Part shown: positions 28,157 to 55,006 of the stretch, in pieces
Numbering within the stretch: position 1 is the first letter of the stretch
How the letters are laid out: every line of letters begins with the position of its first letter
Notes under the pieces: generated by a model
What the model was told of the DNA's origin: nothing
Seen by the model: the letters and a program-made list of their open reading frames with translations, nothing else
Databases searched by the model: none
Assembly: GCA_000004695.1 (NCBI GenBank)
Contig: CM000155.2
Location: 224,001-288,000, forward strand
DNA from: Dictyostelium discoideum
Taxonomy: Eukaryota
DNA length: 64,000 nt
Direction of reading: 5' to 3'
Program-made: the position numbers and the translations under genes

Positions 28157-28508
28157 ATGCCTTTAAAAATTTTTAATAAAAAAGGTGGTAATAATCAATA
28201 CACAGTTAAATTAAAAATTGATTTAATTTCAAATGTATCCTATGCATATCCAAAAGATACAGAATTTGAAATTGAATGGAAACGTGGTGTACATAGAGGT
28301 GTTTTACCAAATGTGTATATGCAGAGCGATGGCGATATTAAACCATCAACTCAGTTTTTAATACCATGTCAATTTTTAAAACAAAAATCAGATCAAGGTG
28401 GTGAAGAATTTGCTCCAAAAAGTTTAATTGTTAATTTAAGAAAAGTAAATATAAAAAAAAAAAAAAAATATCAACATTAATTAAAAAATAAAAAAATTAA
28501 ATGTATTA

Positions 28509-28547
<39 letters not shown>

Positions 28548-28702
28548 AGGTTGAATCAAAAAAGAAAACAACTAAAATTGCAACTCTTCAAATTGATTTA
28601 TCGCATATGGCAAATAAACTAGAATCAGATAAAGAAAAACAATATTCATCAACAATGAAAGGAATAATTGATCAAGAATTTAAACCATATGTAAGTATAC
28701 TA

Positions 28703-28740
<38 letters not shown>

Positions 28741-29891
28741 TTAAAAATTATTTTTTTTCTATATAAATTTAAAAACATATTAATTCCAGAATTTTTTTTT
28801 TTTTATATAAAATTAGATTGAATTTACTACTTCAGTTTATAAAGGATTATTAAGTCCAGAAGATTTCAATGACAAAAGTGTTTTTATTGCGCCAATTAAT
28901 GTTTCACCACCAATTGATGATACTTCAATTAGTCATTCATTATATTCTGATGGTAGAAGAAATTCTGTCTCAAGTGTTTCAAGTGAACTTTCAGAGTATT
29001 CAAATATTCAAGAAACGTCCTCGTCCATTGGTTTTGGTAATAATAATAATGGTAATAAAAAAGATCATAAAAGAAGTAATAGTAATGGTAGTAATAACAG
29101 TAGAGGAAGTAATAGTAGTAAAGGTAGTAATGGTAGTAATGGTATTAATGGTGGAAATCAAAAAAAGATATCACCCACTTCTCGTCACCAAAGGTCAACA
29201 AGTGATCCATTTGAATTTAATTTTGAATCAACTACACCAGTTACATTTTCAAGGAAAAGTTTAAGAAATTCTACGACACTAGACGACGATCCATTAAATA
29301 GCCCATCCGATCAACCAATCTTTTCATCAGATGAAGAAGTTAAAGAAAGTAATAATCTAAATAACAATAATATTTCACCAACAAATTATTCAAATCGCTC
29401 AATATCACCAACAAATTCAACTCAATCATTAGAAACATTTGATAAAGATATTGAAAATCAACCAACATTAGCAGAAACACCAACAAAGAGTAAAAAGAAA
29501 ATGTTTTCATTCTCTAGTAAAAAGAAATCAAAAGCTTCACCTGAAAGCAATCAAAGAAAAAATAGTAAACCTGAAAATTTAAATGTTTCAAAGATTAAAG
29601 GTGATGAAATTAGTACTGAAGAATTCTCATCTGGTAGCGAAAGTGGTGGTTCACCAAAACCTGGTAAATGGAAAAGAAGACATTCAACACCAAATGTTGG
29701 TTTCTTTTCAATTAAATCATTCAAAGATAAAGAAAAACAAAAAGAAAAAGAAAAGGAAAAAGAAAAAGAAAAAAAACTTCAATCAGATTTTTATAATACA
29801 AATCAAACACTTGATAATTTAACAATTAATGAAACTAATGAAAATGAATTTGAAGGTCACCATAATGGTCTTGATAATAATAATAATAGTA

Positions 29892-29927
<36 letters not shown>

Positions 29928-31413
29928 GTAGTATGAATAATGAAAATTCAAGTAAAAATAATAAAAAATCAAAGAATAAAAAGCAATCATTTGATTCAAA
30001 TTCATCAACATCACCAACAAATAAACAAGAAAAATCAAAAGATAGAAAGAATTCAAAAGAAAAGAATTTTATAAATAAATTAACGACTTCATTAAATCCA
30101 AATAGTAGTAATAATAATAATAATAATAACAATATTAATAATAGTAATGGTAGTGATTCTAAAGATACATTACAATCATCATTGGTTACAAGACATTTAG
30201 ATGAAAAATTAAAATTCTTAATAGATGATATGATTGTTTCCAAAAGACCAGAATATGTTGGCAACATTCCAATCTCTGCAATTGCAATTTATAAATGTAT
30301 TTTCGAATGGAAAGAATTATCACCAAATAATAATAAATGTTTAACAGAAATGATTGAAACATTTGATTTAATGATAAAGAAAAAGAATATTGGTAAAGAA
30401 AAGTCATTCTATTGGTTATCAAATTCATTTACATTAGGTTTCCTACTTGAGAAATCATATGAAAACCAAAAAATATCACGTTCAGAATTTAACACATCTC
30501 CAAGTATTAATTTCTCTCATAATACTGAAAGCCAAAATCTAAAACTATTGATCAATATAGTTCAAGGATATCAAAGATCATTTTGGTCATTATATTGGGA
30601 TAGTGTTAAATTGGAACTATCAAAGGTAATGGATAGATTAACTGAACAATTAAGAGTAAAGGAATTTGAAACCACACCAATCTTTTTAAATTTCCTTTTA
30701 TCAACTTTAGAATTTTTAGAGAAAAGGTTACCATTTCAATCAGTTTGGCCAAATATTTTTAAACAAATCTTTTTCTATGTCTCTGGTTATTTAGTTAATA
30801 AATTTTTAACTGATAATTCTTTAGCAACTACAAACAATGCTGTAAATACAAAATTATTCATTTCATCTTTATCTCAATGGTTTCAAGAGAATAAAGAATT
30901 AAATTATTTTTATTATTTTAAGTAATGTATTAAAAAAAAATAATAATAATTATAATAATAATAATAATTATAATAATAATAATAATTTACTAATTTATTA
31001 ATAATTTTTTTTTTTTAAAAAAAAAAAAAAATGGAAATAGAATGGAAATGAGCACACTTGTTCAAATATTAGATGTATTGGTAATTGATAAAGATTCATT
31101 AAAAGATGAATTAGTCAGAAAAGAGATTTGCCCATCATTAACAACTACACAATTAGCAATTGTTTTATGTAGATTTAATCCAGAAAATTCATCAGAAGAA
31201 GTTGATCCAGCAGTAATAAAATATTTACAAGACGAAGGAATCAGAAAACATGACATTCAAAATATTACAACCAATTTAGATAAAATCTATGAATTACCTG
31301 ATAAACCAGAACCTTCAAGAAGTATCATTGATACAAAGATACCATTAAATATATTCCCTCAATCAAATCAAAAACTCTTTAAATTTTTAACAAAACCAAC
31401 TACAATTTATTAA
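28157..31413 (+). CDS. Protein with an N-terminal NT-C2 (EHBP1-type C2) domain, a long S/N-rich disordered middle and a C-terminal DIL (dilute / myosin-V cargo-binding type) domain. Exons 28157..28444, 28550..28690, 28817..30923 and 31041..31413.
   Basis: Exon 1 MPLKIFNKKGGNNQYTVKLKIDLISNVSYAYPKDTEFEIEWKRG...LIVNLRK fits the NT-C2 fold (paired hydrophobic strands). Three canonical introns (gtaaat / gtaagt donors, ttag / attag acceptors) keep one frame through 29501..30923, which the ORF track shows only from an internal Met. The C-terminal ...NFLLSTLEFLEKRLPFQSVWPNIFKQIFFYVSGYLVNKFLTD...KLFISSLSQWFQENKEL matches the DIL consensus. The last intron (gtaatgt 30924 ... atag 31040) joins in-frame to MEMSTLVQILDVLVIDKD.... 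Confidence 0.6.
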
Positions 31414-31521
31414 AAATAAATAAATAAATAAAATACCAGGGATTTTTGGTTATTATTGAAAAAATAAAAAGTTAAAATAAATAAAATTTTATTTATCTTT
31501 ATCTGATTGTTCTAATGTTGC

Positions 31522-33550
<2,029 letters not shown>

Positions 33551-33920
33551 TTATTTTATTTTTTTTTTATTTTTTTATGTTGAATTTATAAAAAAAAAAA
33601 AAAAATAAAAAAAAAAAAATAAAAAAATTTGGAGAAAAAAAAATAAAATAAAAAAAATAAAATAAAAAATAAAAAAATAAAAATAATATATCATATAATA
33701 TATATATGTAATATCCATTTATTATTATATTATATGTTAATATAATTTAATTATTTGTCATCTAAAAAAGTGGAAAAATAAAAAAAATGGAAATAAAAAA
33801 TAAAAAAAATAATAAATTATGATTTCTTTTAATTTTTCTTTTTTTTTTTTTTTTTTTATTTTTTTTTTTATTATTTTATTACTATTTTTATTATTTTTTT
33901 TTTTAAAAAAAAAAAAAAGT

Positions 33921-34459
33921 TTATTCATTATCGCTATCTTCTTCATCAACAACATCATCTACACCTGTTAAAAAAAAATAAATAAAAAAAAATAATGGTT
34001 AGTAAAATTGAAAATAAAAATCTATATCTTTTAAAAAAAAAAAAAAAAAAACTTACTTGTATCAACAGATGGTACTAATAATTTACGACATTCAACATCG
34101 TTGGCCAATTGAAGTGGAGTACGATCATCTTTATTTTTAAGGTTAGTATTTGCTTTACCATCTACGACTAAAATACGGATAGCGTCTAAATTATTTTTAA
34201 ATGCAGCTTTATGAAGTGGAGTATCTAATGAACCTGCTTGAACTGCATTTACATTTGCCTTTAATCTAATTAAAACCTTTATAACTTCTGCATGATTATT
34301 CTTTGCTGCCCAATGTAATGATGTTTCACCAATAGAATCGGTACAATTAATATCAACTTTATTTTCTGAATCTAAAACAAACTCTTCAACATTTTCTTCT
34401 TCACCTCTTTTAGCTGCATTAATTAATCTTTGGTTAATAAAATATTGATCGTCATCCAT
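33921..34459 (-). CDS. Small ankyrin-repeat protein (3-4 ANK repeats) with an acidic C-terminus. Exons 34459..34057 and 33964..33921.
   Basis: GETSLHWAAKNNHAEVIKVLIRLKANVNAV / GSLDTPLHKAAFKNNLDAIRILVVDGKANTNLKNKDDRTPLQLA are canonical ANK repeats. Donor a|gtaagt (34056/55), acceptor aacag|; terminal micro-exon SVDDVVDEEDSDNE*. Confidence 0.75.
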
Positions 34460-34658
34460 TGCTTGTATTATTATTATTATTATTAAATTTTAAAATTTAG
34501 TGTTTTATTTTTTTTTTATAAAATTTTTATTATTTTTTTTTAATTTTTATTTTATTTTATTTTTATTTTTATTCTAATGTACAAATAAATAAGGTATTTT
34601 TAATTCAAAAAAAAAATAAAAAATAAAAAAAAAAATCTTATCAAATTTTTTTTTTTTT

Positions 34659-34696
<38 letters not shown>

Positions 34697-35276
34697 GAGG
34701 GGTTTGGTTATAATAATTTTAAAAATGGGGTCTAAAAATTTTTAAAAATTTTTTTTTTTTTTTTATTATTTTTTTTTTTTTCTCTATTTTTATACAAATA
34801 ATATGAAAAAGTTAAAATTAAAACAAAAAAAAATAGAACATATATTTTTTAATTAATTGAATGATTATTATTATTGTTTTTTTTTTTTTTTTTATTTTTT
34901 TTTTTTTTTATTTTTTTTATTTTTTTTCAATTTTAGATTTTTTTTTTAAAAATTATTATCATTTTAATAATAATAATAAAAATATTTTATTTAAAAATAG
35001 AATGATTTAATACTATTTTTTTTTATTTTTTTTTTTATTTTTTTTTTTTACCTTTTTAGTATTATGATGAAGTTAATTTTTTTTTAATTTTTTTAATTTT
35101 TTTTTATAATTTTTTGAAAATTTTTCAAAAAAAAAAAAATTGAAATTTTTCAAAAAAAAAAAAAGAGATAAAACGCGTTATCAAGTATCGTTTATCTGTA
35201 TCCTTCATCATTGATTAATCAATCTTTAATAAATTTGAAAAATCAAAGAAACCACGATAGAGCGTATACATAAAAG

Positions 35277-36068
35277 ATGGAGAATGATCAAGATCAACAA
35301 CAACAACAACAACAAAGCCAACAACAACAACCACAACAAGAGGAACAAGAACAAGTCGATGTTGATTTAAGTTCACTCCAAGGTCAAGAAAGAATTGAAT
35401 ATATCAATACATTAATTGCCGATAGTTATAATATTGCAATTGCAAAAAAACTTGAAGAATTTTTAGATATTCAAATCAACGAAAATACATATTTATTCCA
35501 AGCAAATTCAACACTCCTTAAATTATATCAATTTAACCCAACCCACTTAAACAAAGATTCAATCGCCAAGATGTTAGCAAAGGCATTAATGAATTTCCCA
35601 TGCAACGACTTTTTATTCCTCTCCTATATGATTCCATCGATCATTCAAAAGGAGGAACCATTGTTAAAACTCTTTATCCTCAACAACTTTTTAGAGACTT
35701 GTAAATTTAAAGAAGCTTGGACCCATATCAATAGTCATTCATTCTTTTCAGAGATCCCAAGTTTCATCGACAACATTAGAAACTTTATCTCTGGTGTACT
35801 CTCTATCACTTATCAAAATATTTCAATCACCATGTTGGGTGAACTTTTAAATTTATCTGATCGTACTCAACTCGTCGATTATATTCAATCAAAACAACCA
35901 ACTTGGAAAATCTCTGATTCAACTGTTTCTTTACAATCTGATAATTCAAAACAAAAGAAAGCTGATACTTTTACTTTTGATCGTAATGTTTTTAAATATA
36001 ATTATAAAAAAAAAAAAAAAAAAAAAAAATTATTTACTAACTTTATTATTTTTTTTTTTATCTTTTAA
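35277..36068 (+). CDS. eif3K: Eukaryotic translation initiation factor 3 subunit K (eIF3k) with a poly-Q N-terminal extension; the C-terminal end is uncertain
   Basis: [41 protein letters not shown] aligns closely with human eIF3k [42 protein letters not shown]. The downstream HEAT/winged-helix region also matches ([15 protein letters not shown].., [25 protein letters not shown]). The ORF runs into a poly(A) tract (..YKKKKKKK); a short terminal intron (gttttt ... ttttag at ~36075) is possible. Confidence 0.8.
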   Translation: [263 protein letters not shown]

Positions 36069-36147
36069 AATTTTTAGAACTCTCAAGAATCCTTCCAACT
36101 TTTATTAAATAAATATTTTAGAATTTAAACAGTAATAATAAAAAAAT

Positions 36148-36182
<35 letters not shown>

Positions 36183-36637
36183 ATTGTCTTAATATATTAT
36201 TAGAAATAAAAAAAAAAAAAAAAAAAAAATGTTTAATTATAGTTTTTTTTTTTTATAAAAATATGTCAAACAAAAAAACTAATTGTAATTTTTTATTTTT
36301 ATTTTTATTTTTGTTTTTTTTTTTATGGCTTGTTTTTATTTAAAGAACCCGAAAAAGTTTTTTTTATTTTTTTTTTATCCACAAATTATTTGTTTTGATA
36401 TTTATTTACGAACTATGAGAACAGGTCAAATAAAATAGTTAAAAGAGTGATTTGTTGGGAAAAAAAAAAAAAATAAAAAAAAAAAATAAAATAAAAAAAA
36501 ATAACTAAATTGCAAAAGATTTTTTTTTTTTTTTTTTACACACTGACGAAAATACTCGACTGAGAGCCCACATAGTTTATTTTTTATATTTTTTTTTTTT
36601 TTAATTAATCAAATTCTCTTATTATATTACAATTAAA

Positions 36638-49157
<12,520 letters not shown>

Positions 49158-49189
49158 ATAAATAATCTCTTTTTTTTTCTTTATTAATT

Positions 49190-49232
49190 GTTTGTTTGTT
49201 TGTTTGTTTGTTTGTTTGTTTGTTTGTTTTAA
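49190..49232. repeat. (GTTT)n simple repeat between the convergent 3' ends of the giant gene and the DUF4291-like gene
   Basis: tgtttgtttgtttgtttgtttgtttgtttgtttgttt. Confidence 0.9.
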
Positions 49233-49810
49233 AATCTAACATTTTTTGGTGTATATACCAATTCATCTGGTAATAAAGATTTTGCTTTTTCTAAATCACC
49301 TTTATCTAATTCTTTTTTAATTTGGTGAGCAATTGGAGTGACATCAGTTATTGCTTGAATCCATTGTTCATTGTATTCTTTAATTTTTGCTTTTTTAACA
49401 CCGATTTGAATGGACCTAATATCACCACACCCATCTAATTTACTAATTGAAATATTTCTTTCTGGATCCCACTGAACAACGATTTTTTTTTTACTTGATG
49501 GAATTGCACTTTTACCAGTTTCATGAGCATCAATATGATTCTCTAGAATGTATTCGAATGCTTCTCTTTTTATATCAATTGCAAGTATTCTCTCTTGATT
49601 ATGTTTGCAAGCATATCCACTTCTATAGAGAATCCAACAAAAACTAGGTTTAATCCATGTAGTTCTATTATCGGACCAACCCGACTCTAATGTAAATTTT
49701 TGATTTAATATTGCATCATCTGCAATTTTAGAATTAAATGCTTGATAAACTCTTACTGTATCATCTGTAAAAACTGCTCTTATAATTTTCTTATAATTAT
49801 TATCTGTCAT
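49229..49810 (-). CDS. Conserved hypothetical protein, DUF4291-like (single exon, 193 aa)
   Basis: Non-repetitive ORF with ...RTTWIKPSFCWILYRSGYACKHNQERILAIDIKREAFEYIL.... From memory this resembles the DUF4291 core (MTWIKPSFLWMMYRSGW); treat as tentative. Confidence 0.55.
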   Translation of the reverse strand: MTDNNYKKIIRAVFTDDTVRVYQAFNSKIADDAILNQKFTLESGWSDNRTTWIKPSFCWILYRSGYACKHNQERILAIDIKREAFEYILENHIDAHETGKSAIPSSKKKIVVQWDPERNISISKLDGCGDIRSIQIGVKKAKIKEYNEQWIQAITDVTPIAHQIKKELDKGDLEKAKSLLPDELVYTPKNVRF

Positions 49811-50507
49811 GTTTTTTTTTTTTTTTTTTTTTTTTTTGTTTGAAAAGTATTCCAGAAAAAAAAAAACAAAAAAATTTATATTTTTATAATTTTTTATTGA
49901 AACACTATCATATTTTTTTTTGTTAAATTTATCCGAAAAAATCTTTTTTTATTTTTTTCAGGTTTTGCTTAAACAAAAATATTTTCACACATTTTTTTTA
50001 TTTCCAAAAAAAAAAAAAATTAATAAAAATTCAGATATTCAAAAAAAAAAAAAAACAGATATTAAAATGAGTGTTATTTTTGATTTTATACATTAAAAAA
50101 TTTATTAATGTTAAAAAAAAAAAAAAAAAAATCTTTGTTTTATTTTATTATTTGTTGCACACTGAAACCAAACCAAAAAAAAAAAAAAAAAAAAAAAAGA
50201 GAGAATGATTTGTTATATTTTATTTTTATTTTTTTAAATAAATTTATTAAAAAATGAAATTTCATTTTTTTTTTACACCCAAAACTAAATATTTTTTTTT
50301 TTGTAATAAAATTTAAATTTTCGTTTAAACGAAAAAAATCTTACCTAAAATTCCTGAAAAAGAAATCTTTTCGAGCAAAGCATTCTTTGTCATTCTATAG
50401 AACTTTTTTAAAAAAAAAAAACAAAAAATAAAAAAAATAAAACAAAATAAAAAAAAAAATAAATATCTGCAACAAAAAAAAAAATTAAAATAAAAAATAT
50501 TAAAATA

Positions 50508-50543
<36 letters not shown>

Positions 50544-50573
50544 AATACAAATAAACAAATACAAATAAATAAA

Positions 50574-51524
50574 ATGAAAGTATTCACATCAGAAGAATTA
50601 GAAGAAAAATGGGATGGATTTAGTAAAATTTTTCAGCGTTATAATGAAAGTGCGACAGCACCAGTTGCATTTTTATTAATTACCAGTTTAGGTATTACAA
50701 GTCAATTTGGAAGTGCTCAAAATTCTTGTAAATCTATATTAGAAGTTGCATGTGGTCCAGGTGCAGGTACAAAATTATGTTTACAATATAAAAACGATTC
50801 AAGTAAATTCATATCAACTGATATTTCAAATGAAATGATTCAATTAACTAAACAATGTTTAGGAATGACCAATGGTGATGAAATTCCAGAAAAGAATTTC
50901 AAAATTCAACAATGTAATGCTGAAAAACTACCATTCCCAGACAACTCATTCGATCGTTATTTTAGTAATTATTGTTTACATTTAGTAACATCACCAGAAA
51001 CAATGTTAAAAGAAGCTTATAGAGTATTAGAAGTTGGTGGTATTGCCGCATTTTCAGTGTGGGGTAGACCTGAAAATTCAAATCAATTTACAATTGTTAA
51101 GAAAATAGCCGACGAAATTGGAATTGAAATGGGTGGTGCATCAAGATCACCATTTCATTTAAATGATAAAAACAAGTTACGTCAAATGGCATTAGATGCT
51201 GGTTTCTCAAGAGTACTCGCTGGTCATACTTTTGTTAATTCAACAATTCAAAATGGTGAAGAATATTCTGAAGTATTTTTAGCAGCACCTGATACTCAAA
51301 AATTCATTCAAACACTTGATAAAGAGAAATATTTACTTTGGAAATCAAAGGTAAGATTATTATTATTTTTTTTTTTCTTTTTTTTTTTTCAAATTATAGA
51401 GTATTTTTCTAACATTGATTTACATTTTCAAAAATATATATAGATTGCCAACTATGTTGATGAACTTTTAAAAAAAGGTGAATTCATTGGTTCTGAAATT
51501 ACATATATTGTTTGCACAAAATAA
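50574..51524 (+). CDS. Class I SAM-dependent methyltransferase (Methyltransf_11-type). Exons 50574..51350 and 51444..51524.
   Basis: Motif I ILEVACGPGAGT, post-I acidic DIS, motif II/III AEKLPFPDNSFDRYFSNYCLHLV and LKEAYRVLEVGGIAAFSVWG. Donor AAG|GTAAGA (51351), acceptor atatatag| (51443); the terminal exon reads IANYVDELLKKGEFIGSEITYIVCTK*. Confidence 0.75.
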
Positions 51525-51730
51525 ATATTTTGAAAAAAAAAAAAAAAAAAAAAAAAAATTATTTAAACACTTTTTGATAAAAATAGTCCGACAGTATTAA
51601 AAACTTATTAAAAAAAAAAAAAATAATAATAATAAAACAAGTTTTAAAATTTTACTTTTAATTTAATGTTTATTGAAGTTTTTTTTTTTTTTTTTATTTT
51701 ATTTTATATTATTTAAATATTATTAATTAT

Positions 51731-53617
51731 CTATTTTTTTGATTTCTTTTTATGAATGTTTCTTGGTTTTTCAGATTTAGAAGATTGAGTATTGTTATTG
51801 TTTGTATTTGTATTTTTTGATTCTTGAACAAAGAGTGAAGCAGTTTGAGAAGCAGATGCAATACCTTGTGGACCTTTAATGATATCCTTATTCTTTTTAC
51901 TTCTTGCAGCTTTAGCATTTGCACGTTGCCATTTTGGTAACCAACGACCTGGGTCTGGAACATAATTTGGTTTCATTACTTTTGGTAATTTCTTTTTAGA
52001 TTTCTTAATTTTAACAACTTCTGTTGCAGTTGGTTTGGTAGATTTGGTAGTAGTAGTAGTTGTTGTTGTTGGTGATGATGAATTTGAATCTTCATTTAAA
52101 TTTAATTTCTTTTCAAAAGTTAAACCATACTTTTCAATTAAATCAATATCAATTTTAGATTCAAATTTAATATTTGGTAATTTACCTTCATACTTTTGAG
52201 ATAAAGATGGATCGAAATGTGAAGTGGCAACAATGTAAGATGGTAAAGCTATTAAATCATTTGGATTAATCTTTAATACTCTATCAAACATATCAGAGGC
52301 TTCTCTATATTTATGATGTTTTAATTTAAAGTTACCACTTGCTTTCAAAAGGTTAACATAAATCTCTTCATCTTTTTCAGATTTCTTTTGTTTATCAAAA
52401 ATTGAGATTAAATCATCTAAACTATTGACTGCCTTTTCTAAATCACCCGATTTTTCATACAATGCAACCTTTGTAGCGACAATACCAGGTCTCAATGAAA
52501 CTGATGAATCTAATTTCTCCAAAACATTCAATGCCTTTGCAACATTATTATTATCCAATAAATAAATTTGTGCTAATAATAATTGTGATTTAATTGAACC
52601 AGTAGTAGTATTATTCTTTAATAATAATTTCTCTGCATCTTTAAATTTCTTTTCTTTAATTAATAATGAAACTTGAATAATATCTAAATCTTCAACGAAT
52701 GATGTATCAACTTGTTGTTGTTGTTGGCCGTATTTTGATTTCAAAGTTTTAATTAACTCTTCACATTGACTAACTTTTTTCAATTGTACTAATAATAAAC
52801 AAAGATTATAATTGATGACTTTCTTTTGTTTACTATTTAAACGAGTTGATTCAGCCTCTGTTAATAAAGATTTCAATGAATCCATTGCATGAGTATACTC
52901 TTTTGGTTGAGTTGACCATTGGTCAGATTGAAGAATTGAACGTACTGAAATACTATTATTTGTAGCTACCAATGTTGCACTATCACCAACTTGTTGTTCC
53001 AATACATTTTGATATTGTTCTAAAGATTTCTCCAAGTTACCACAAATTTGTTGAACATAACCTAGTTGAACATCGATTGATGTTTGTTCTTCTTTAATCT
53101 CTTCTTCACTAAATCCATCTTTTTTTAATGAATCTGTACAAATTTCTAAAAAAAATTAAAAAATTAATATTAATTATTTAAACAAAAAAAAAAAAATTAA
53201 TATTAATTGTTTGAAAAAAAAAAAAAAAAATTATATAAAATATTATAATTTTTACTCTTTGCTAATTTTAATTGAGTTTCAGCAGTTTTAGTATCATTCT
53301 TTGAAATTGCTAAACATGCAGAATTGAATGCTAATTCATGGGTCTTTGTTTGTTGACTCTTATTTTTATTTAATAATTCTTGACATTCATTGAATTTACC
53401 TGCATCTAAATAAACTGCACAAAGATTGGTAATAAATTCAATTGAATCTGACTAAAAAATATTATATATTAGTTACTATAAAAATTAAATAATAATAATG
53501 ATAATGATGATAATAATAATTCCAAATAATACATACATAACCTGGTTTTGATAATAAACTTTCATAAATTGAAATTGTTTTTTGATAATTTTCTAATTTG
53601 TAGTACTATAAATAAAC

Positions 53618-53649
<32 letters not shown>

Positions 53650-54168
53650 AATATTATTAATAATTATATTAATTGTCATATGAAAATCATATAAAATTAT
53701 AAAATTAATAAAAACATACGATTTGAGCTTCAAGTTCTAAAGATTTAGTTTCTTTTGATGATTGCTTTTCTAATTGAGTTAATGCTTCTTGATATTTTGC
53801 AGTTGAATAAAGACAATATGAATATTCGAATTGCATTGATTGAATTTGTTCTGGTTTTTTAAAACATTCAATTGCTTCTGTAAAATTACTAAGTTGCATT
53901 AAACAAATTACTTTACATTGGAATGCTTCTGAATCATTACCATTTACTGATAAAACTATAAATATATATAACGTATAAAGTATATTAATATAATTATTAT
54001 TATTATTATTATTAACATACCAAAATAAATTTTATTTTTTTAAAAAAAATAAAAATTATATTTACTTTTATTACAAACACGAATTGCTTTTTTAAATTGT
54101 GAATTTATGATATATTCATCTAACTCTTTAAAGAGTTGTTCTAATGAAACTGTTGTATCTTTAGACAT
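51731..54168 (-). CDS. srp72: Signal recognition particle 72 kDa subunit (SRP72), a TPR-rich protein. About 5 exons: 54168..54066, 53955..53720, 53605..53537, 53451..53256 and ~53137..51731; the last junction is uncertain.
   Basis: N-terminus MSKDTTVSLEQLFKELDEYIINSQFKKAIRVCNK matches human ALWSEVNRYGQNGDFTRALKTVNKIL. FEYSYCLYSTAKYQEA matches FEKAYCEYRLNRIENA. The C-terminal basic tail has the SRP72 hallmark PDPGRWLPKWQR (human PDPERWLPMRER). Introns use gtaaat/gtatgt/gtatgt/gtaaaa donors and tatag/ttatag/tttag acceptors; one contains (TAGA)n. Confidence 0.85.
53617..53648. repeat. (TAGA)n simple repeat in SRP72 intron 2
   Basis: gatagatagatagatagatagatagata. Confidence 0.9.
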
Positions 54169-54392
54169 TTCTAGTTTGTTTGTGTTGTTGTTCAACAAAA
54201 TTTTGGAAAAATAAAATGAAAATTAAAAAAAAAATAAAATAAAAAAAAAAAAAATAAAAAAAAATAAAATTTTAAAAAAAAAAAAAAAAAATGATTGTCA
54301 CCCACACACACAAAGACCAAAGTCAAAAAAAAAAAAAAATTTTTTGAAAATTATAATATTTAAATATCTAATTATATTATTTATTAATTAAA

Positions 54393-54782
54393 ATGAGTAA
54401 TAGTACCAACACATGTTCATTACCAAGAATGGTATCATTAGATTGGAGAATGGATATTAAAACATCATCTGATGTTATGTCTAGAATGAATGTTCCAAGT
54501 GTTTTATTCAAGTTAGAGGTATTTGAAAATAAAAAAAAATAATAAAAATAATAAAAATAATAAAAATATAAATAAATATCCCATTGTCAAATTTAACAAT
54601 ATTAACATAAATTATTAATAATTAATAATTAAATATAGGTTGAAGATAAAGATAATAAAGTTATTGATCAAGATGAAGAACAAAAAACCAAAACTGTTAT
54701 TTTTGAATTAAATAAAGAAACTGTCAATACAATGTTAGACAGTTTAGAGTTTGTTAAAAATCAATTAGATTCAATCAAATAG
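54393..54782 (+). CDS. Small COMM-domain protein (COMMD6-like, 90 aa). Exons 54393..54518 and 54639..54782.
   Basis: MSNSTNTCSLPRMVSLDWRMDIKTSSDVMSRMNVPSVLFKLE|VEDKDNKVIDQDEEQKTKTVIFELNKETVNTMLDSLEFVKNQLDSIK*. The pattern matches human COMMD6 (QLVDFQWKLGMAVSSDTCRSLKYPYVAVMLKVAD...KTKCFEMTIPQFQNFYRQFKEIAAVIETV). Donor GAG|GTATTT, acceptor atatag|, phase 0. Confidence 0.5.
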
Positions 54783-55006
54783 ATAAAAAAAGAAAAAAAA
54801 TGAAAGAAAAAAAAAAAAAAAAAACTATTATCGATAAACTAAATTAATAAAACAACAACATGTGTATATATATATATAATTAAAAATTCATTGATTTAGG
54901 TTTAAATTATATTATTATTATTATTTATTATTTACAAAATTACCGTACATCAGTAATTTATTATGTATTTATATATATAAGTATTTATATAAGTATGTAT
55001 AATTCA

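Noticed and set aside
28869-29264. ORF MTKVFLLRQLMFHHQ... in frame 0 within 28817..30923
   Set aside because: Lies inside exon 3 of the NT-C2/DIL gene, whose frame (2) is continuous with flanking conserved exons. An alternate-frame artefact.
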